NCBI GenBank assembly: GCA_965662235.1
Contig: CBFIGY010000051.1
Location: 1 to 12,590 of the forward strand
Direction: 5' to 3'
Length of the DNA: 12,590 bases
Origin: an uncultured bacterium
Lineage (GTDB): Bacteria > SAR324 > NAC60-12
Part shown: positions 8,717 to 12,590 of the stretch, piece by piece
How the letters are laid out: every line of letters starts with the position of its first letter
How positions within the stretch are numbered: the stretch's first letter is position 1
Program-made: the position numbers and the translations under genes
The notes under the pieces: model-generated
Database searches by the model: none
Told to the model about the DNA's origin: nothing
What the model saw: only the letters and a program-made list of their open reading frames with translations

Positions 8717-10753
8717 TTATTCAGTAGCGGCTTCAGCATCATAAATGGCTTTGATCTCTTCTTCAGACAAAGCCTTGCGGTAAATGCGGATGTCGTCCAG
8801 ACGTCCCTGGAACGCATCCAGCCCCGCTCCGGGATAGAGGGAGTCAATGGGATCATCGCTGTTGCGTCCTAGGTAAATCTGAGACGAGGTGACGTTTTGT
8901 CCCACACGGATCTGGCCGTCTGCACCAAAAGCCGTCTGAGTCGTTGGGTTGAATTTCCCGGCCTTGACTCCGTTGATGTAGCCCCGCACCATCTCTCCCG
9001 ACTTCGAGATCGCCACATGCACCCACTGTTTGGCTGTAATCTGGGCTGGGAAGCGGTAGTTGTTGCTCTCCGCCACATACGTCAGGCGCCCTGTTCCGTC
9101 AATGAGCATCGCCGAGCGCTGGTTCACCTCGCGGGTGCCGGCATCGACAATGCTCATCGGCTCACCAATCCGGTCCACATTGATCCAGGCCGTGTAGGTG
9201 ACATTGATCTGATCGCTGGAACCAGTGGGATGCGGATGGAAGTAGGTTGCACTGGTGTTGTCCAGGTAGAGGCCATCTGACCCTGAAGGCCCTGACAGCT
9301 TCAACGCCCCTTCGATCCGACCAAAGCGATCCGTCACCCAGGTGCCGCCCAGTAGCTGAGCAGACGCCCCTTGGGTGGAATTGTCCCAGATCAAGGATGC
9401 ATTGTCGGGGTCAGGCTCCAGCGGGTAGTAGGCGACCAGGTCAGATTGTTCAGCCTGATAGAGGGCTTCGACCTCCGCCGCATCCAGCGCTCGGTTGTAA
9501 AGCCGGAAGTCGTCCAGCTGTCCCTCAAAGGGGTCGGCGCTGAGGTTGAGGTCCTCATAGTCGATCAGGCTGCGACCTAGGTTGAGCGGGACCTTGTTGG
9601 AATTCGAGTCCAGTTCCAGGTTCAGGTCCCCACTCAGTGTGAGCGTATCCTTAGACTGACCATTCACATAGACCTTCAGGGTCGAGGCGTTGTCTTTTGT
9701 CAGCACCACATGAGTCCAGTACGTTTCAGGAATCACCGCATTGGAGAAACTCCCGGCGTCACTTTCACCATCCCGGAACAGCAAGGAGCCATTGGATTGG
9801 ATGAGCAGCTGCGAGCGTTGGCCATCGGCTTTGCGCTTTCCAGCATCCACTAGGGACATGGCGGCACTTCCAGCTTGACGGGCCACCCAAAGCGAGTAGC
9901 TGAAGGCTCCGTTTTTCGAGGGATGCCCCGAGCCGGCAATGGATACAAAGTCCGTATCTGCGGCACTGAGGGCCAAGGAGCCGTTGTCGTTGAGACTCCG
10001 GTCCAGCGTCGGCGTCGGCGCTGGGGTTCCCATCAACTTTCCATGCGCAAACTGGTCGCTCAGGTCCTCAACGTCACCGTTCAGCTGGTAGTACCCCACC
10101 AGACCGTCACAGATCGTCCACTCACACGTGGTGCTGGAAGTGGCGGAGGTCGTGTCAGCACCTCCGGTGTACTCGTAGGCCAAGTCGAGGATGGGGATCT
10201 TGAAGTCCCCCAGCTTTTCGGCCAGCGCCGCTGCCACCGCCCCAAAGTCCACCAAGGTGATGTCGAGCGGAATGCCCACCTCTCCAATGAAGGGCACCGT
10301 AATCGTCGCCCGCAGGAAGAACCAGATCTTGCCAGCAAAGGGGAGGAATTCGACTGGAATGTAGAGGCCAAAAACCGCCTTGGGCACGGCAGGGACAATC
10401 TGCAGCGAGGGATGAATCCCCAGCTTGACCGCCAGCAGCTGAATCTCAGCCGCAAGGCCCAGCTTGGCTTTGGCAATGCCAATGTCGGCACCTAGGCCCG
10501 CAGAAATGTAACCGTCTGCAGACACCTGAGCCGTTGGAGTAAAGCTGATCTTGTTGCCCGGAAGCAGCAGCAGTTCCCCAGTGAAACCGTACTTGGCGCT
10601 GAAGCCTCCGTTGATGGCAATGGGCACTGGTCCAATCACCGCACTGCCGTTAAACGAGGGTTCGGTGTACCACCGGAAGCGCTGCTCTGGATCTCTGTGT
10701 CTAGGGTCGTCCAGAGGGTCCACTGCTGAAAATCCGTTGTCCGAGCCGTGCAA
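8717..10753 (-). CDS. Beta-rich domain + two LamG/concanavalin A-like domains; probably the C-terminal half of the lipoprotein beginning at 12348
   Basis: 678-aa ORF; LamG-like domains at about 10108..9458 (GLVGYYQLNG..WTHVVLT..YVNG..FEGQLDDFRLYNRAL) and 9442..8740 (LVAYYPL..WVHVAI..YING..FQGRLDDIRIYRKAL). TTG start has no SD and there is no signal peptide, so the 5' boundary is doubtful. Confidence 0.8.
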   Translation of the reverse strand: MHGSDNGFSAVDPLDDPRHRDPEQRFRWYTEPSFNGSAVIGPVPIAINGGFSAKYGFTGELLLLPGNKISFTPTAQVSADGYISAGLGADIGIAKAKLGLAAEIQLLAVKLGIHPSLQIVPAVPKAVFGLYIPVEFLPFAGKIWFFLRATITVPFIGEVGIPLDITLVDFGAVAAALAEKLGDFKIPILDLAYEYTGGADTTSATSSTTCEWTICDGLVGYYQLNGDVEDLSDQFAHGKLMGTPAPTPTLDRSLNDNGSLALSAADTDFVSIAGSGHPSKNGAFSYSLWVARQAGSAAMSLVDAGKRKADGQRSQLLIQSNGSLLFRDGESDAGSFSNAVIPETYWTHVVLTKDNASTLKVYVNGQSKDTLTLSGDLNLELDSNSNKVPLNLGRSLIDYEDLNLSADPFEGQLDDFRLYNRALDAAEVEALYQAEQSDLVAYYPLEPDPDNASLIWDNSTQGASAQLLGGTWVTDRFGRIEGALKLSGPSGSDGLYLDNTSATYFHPHPTGSSDQINVTYTAWINVDRIGEPMSIVDAGTREVNQRSAMLIDGTGRLTYVAESNNYRFPAQITAKQWVHVAISKSGEMVRGYINGVKAGKFNPTTQTAFGADGQIRVGQNVTSSQIYLGRNSDDPIDSLYPGAGLDAFQGRLDDIRIYRKALSEEEIKAIYDAEAATE

Positions 10754-12348
10754 CCGGTTTCTGTGTCACAGGTGTCCCAGAGCCCTTCATTTGGGAAGGA
10801 AAGGTTGTACTCCATGACCTTCATGTAGTACTCCACGGCGCCTGTTGGCTCCCGTCGCTTGGCCGGAAGGGAGAGGTAGTAGTAGAAGTAGCTGTTCGTG
10901 ATGTTGTTGATGTTGAGGTCAATTCCAAGGTCGAACTTGAACAGGTCCGTCTGTTTGCCATTGGCGACCACATAAACGCTGTCGTCCTGCTTGCTGTAGA
11001 ACATCGCCGGGACGCTTGAGTTGGAAAAGGTCTCGTAGTTGGTGTCCGAAAAAAAGTGGTAACCGGCCTTCCACTTCTCTACTCCCAAATCCTTCTGCGT
11101 CTCAAAGGAAAGAATGTCCTGACAGTAGGGGCCCTGCTCCAGAGCCTTGCATTCGTCCGCAGTCGCGGCAGCGGTTCGTGCGGCAGGCGTGGCCGGTGCC
11201 AGGAAGATCACTGGAACTTCCAAGACGTTGTCCTGCTTCAGGCTCTTCCACTCTGGGATTTCTTGGTCCGGATCCAGCTGAACGACCAGCGTTCCTATGA
11301 CGTCCCGTGTCTGCTGGCTGAGGGCTGTGGTGGCTTCTTCCGTCAGGTACAGTTCAAAGCCACGACCCACGGCGGTTTGCCGGAATAGGCTGGCGCAGAC
11401 CTCCTCCGGAGTTCCGTCATACGAAGGCTCCACCCCGGGAAGGTCCAAAATTTCGGCGCCGTTTGGCGCAAACTGCTTGCAGTGCGTCGGGTAGGTGTAC
11501 CGCTGCTGCAGGCGCGTCAGGGTCTGTGCCTGCCCAGACACCGGATCCACTCCCTGCTCCGGCGTGTTCTCGGTCAACAGAAGCGGGAAGGTTCCCACCC
11601 CGGGGAGGTCCAGCTGAAAGTCCACCACCACCGGATGCTCGGTGTGCAGGCCCATCGACTCCACTTCCAGATTGACCAGCAGGGCCGGATCTTCATGAGG
11701 TCGAGGCGTTCCCGCCTCATCAAAACGGGGCGCCGGTAAACGTGGCAGCTCAAAGCTGTTTCCGCCCACGCCTCCCATCGAATGAGAGACAAAGCGCAGA
11801 TTGGGCAGATTCGGGGTTCCAATCAAAATGGAACCTGGCGCCTTTGCCACCTGTTTGGGAAATTCCCCGTTGGGATCCTCGTAACGGACCGTAAAGACTC
11901 CGGCATAGAGGTCCTCTGGAATCTGATGAGGCACCCGGAATTCCTGGGAAAGCGAAAGCGTCTCCCCGGGTTCAATCCGCGGGATTTCCTGATACGCAGC
12001 GAGGTAATCGGGGACAAACTCTGGATCAGAAACATCCAGGTTTTGCACCGAATCCTGATCCAAGCGGGCAAGGTCAAAACGAACCCGGACGGCCTCCAGG
12101 GGCTCCAGACCCGTGTGCGTGACGGCATAACGGATGGTTGTTGGCATTCCAGCCACCGCAACATCCTCCACCCAGACGTCCTCAAAGACGAGGTCTCCTG
12201 CCTGGAAGCCGGGCACGTAGGTGTCGTCTCCCGGGGTCACATTGTCCACATCAGAAACCAGCGAGCCTCCTTCCGGAGACTGGTTGCAGCCCACGAGGAG
12301 CATGCTGAAGAGGACTCCTGCCAGCATCAAAGGCGCCAGGTGCTTCAT
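10636..12348 (-). CDS. Lipoprotein with two CARDB-like Ig domains; probably the N-terminal half of a frameshifted gene of about 1209 aa
   Basis: 570-aa ORF; ATG in ATGA overlap with upstream stop, GGAGG SD; lipobox LVG-C; CARDB-like motifs DLVFEDV..IEPGETLSLS and PNLRF..LDPDQEIPE..DNV; last roughly 20 codons overlap the next ORF in another frame. Confidence 0.8.
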   Translation of the reverse strand: MKHLAPLMLAGVLFSMLLVGCNQSPEGGSLVSDVDNVTPGDDTYVPGFQAGDLVFEDVWVEDVAVAGMPTTIRYAVTHTGLEPLEAVRVRFDLARLDQDSVQNLDVSDPEFVPDYLAAYQEIPRIEPGETLSLSQEFRVPHQIPEDLYAGVFTVRYEDPNGEFPKQVAKAPGSILIGTPNLPNLRFVSHSMGGVGGNSFELPRLPAPRFDEAGTPRPHEDPALLVNLEVESMGLHTEHPVVVDFQLDLPGVGTFPLLLTENTPEQGVDPVSGQAQTLTRLQQRYTYPTHCKQFAPNGAEILDLPGVEPSYDGTPEEVCASLFRQTAVGRGFELYLTEEATTALSQQTRDVIGTLVVQLDPDQEIPEWKSLKQDNVLEVPVIFLAPATPAARTAAATADECKALEQGPYCQDILSFETQKDLGVEKWKAGYHFFSDTNYETFSNSSVPAMFYSKQDDSVYVVANGKQTDLFKFDLGIDLNINNITNSYFYYYLSLPAKRREPTGAVEYYMKVMEYNLSFPNEGLWDTCDTETGCTARTTDFQQWTLWTTLDTEIQSSASGGTPNPRLTAVR

Positions 12349-12590
12349 GATTCCTCCCCTTGATAAATCGCCGTAATCTCGGCATCACTGAGGTTGCGGC
12401 GGTGGATCTGAACCTCATCAATGCGCCCATCGAAGGTCTCCAACGAGGCGCCCGGATAGACCGGGTCGTTCGGGTCATCCGTGTTTCGTCCAATCGCGAT
12501 GACGGTCGAGGTCAGGTCCTGGCCACTCCCTAGGGTTTCCTTGCCCACAAGTGTGCCATTGACGTAGGCCTTCACCAGCGTGCCGACCTT
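12345..12590 (-). CDS. C-terminal fragment of a LamG/concanavalin A-like domain protein (5' end outside the window)
   Basis: Frame is open to the window edge (KVGTLVKAYVNG..); ends FDGRIDEVQIHRRNLSDAEITAIY, a typical LamG-like C-terminus; clearly similar to the end of ORF 8717..10753. Confidence 0.88.
   Translation of the reverse strand, partial: KVGTLVKAYVNGTLVGKETLGSGQDLTSTVIAIGRNTDDPNDPVYPGASLETFDGRIDEVQIHRRNLSDAEITAIYQGEES
12353..12360 (-). promoter_or_regulatory. Shine-Dalgarno site with ATGA stop/start coupling
   Basis: Minus strand AGGGGAGG-AATC-ATGA; ATG 12348..12346 overlaps TGA 12347..12345. Confidence 0.75.

Larger units (their letters stand above)
8717..12348 (-). pseudogene. 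Single frameshifted gene (CARDB-like + beta-rich + 2 x LamG lipoprotein): true pseudogene, recoded gene or sequencing indel
   Basis: Two same-strand ORFs overlap by 118 nt in -1/+2 frames; span is 3632 nt (3n+2); deleting one GA from GACACAGAGATCCA (about 10696..10692) gives a continuous ..WTTLDT-DPEQRFRWY.. reading. Confidence 0.55.

Noticed and set aside
10751..10753. TTG 10753 as a real start codon
   Set aside because: No SD, no signal peptide, atypical codons in the first 20 positions; better explained as part of a frameshifted gene.
12345..12575. 76-aa stand-alone ORF starting at GTG 12575
   Set aside because: The frame stays open to the window edge and begins mid-LamG domain; it is the tail of a longer gene.
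1..12590. Taxonomic assignment (impression of a deltaproteobacterial/SAR324-like source)
   Set aside because: Based only on general protein style; no marker gene in the window.

Overview
GC-rich bacterial window almost entirely occupied by one tightly packed minus-strand operon-like cluster of large exported proteins. In transcription order: (1) the 3' end of a LamG/concanavalin-like protein running off the window edge; (2) a lipoprotein with two CARDB-like Ig domains, a hydrophobic beta-rich middle domain and two LamG domains, split by a frame break at about 10700-10690 into ORFs 10636..12348 and 8717..10753; (3) a 1050-aa lipoprotein with five Ig-like repeats, a Big_5-like Ig domain and a seven-bladed FG-GAP propeller; (4) a 1412-aa lipoprotein with nine FN3 domains, a kexin-like S8 serine protease and a P-domain; (5) a 394-aa lipoprotein metzincin (HExxHxxGxxH, M43-like). 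All four genes with a visible N-terminus carry a lipobox. The most unusual signal is a cluster-wide enrichment of D-N-x-S/T (24 of 33 DN dipeptides by hand count), suggesting N-glycosylation with a non-canonical Asp(-1) sequon. No RNA genes, mobile elements or CRISPR arrays were seen. Domain calls are by motif recognition only; no searches were run.
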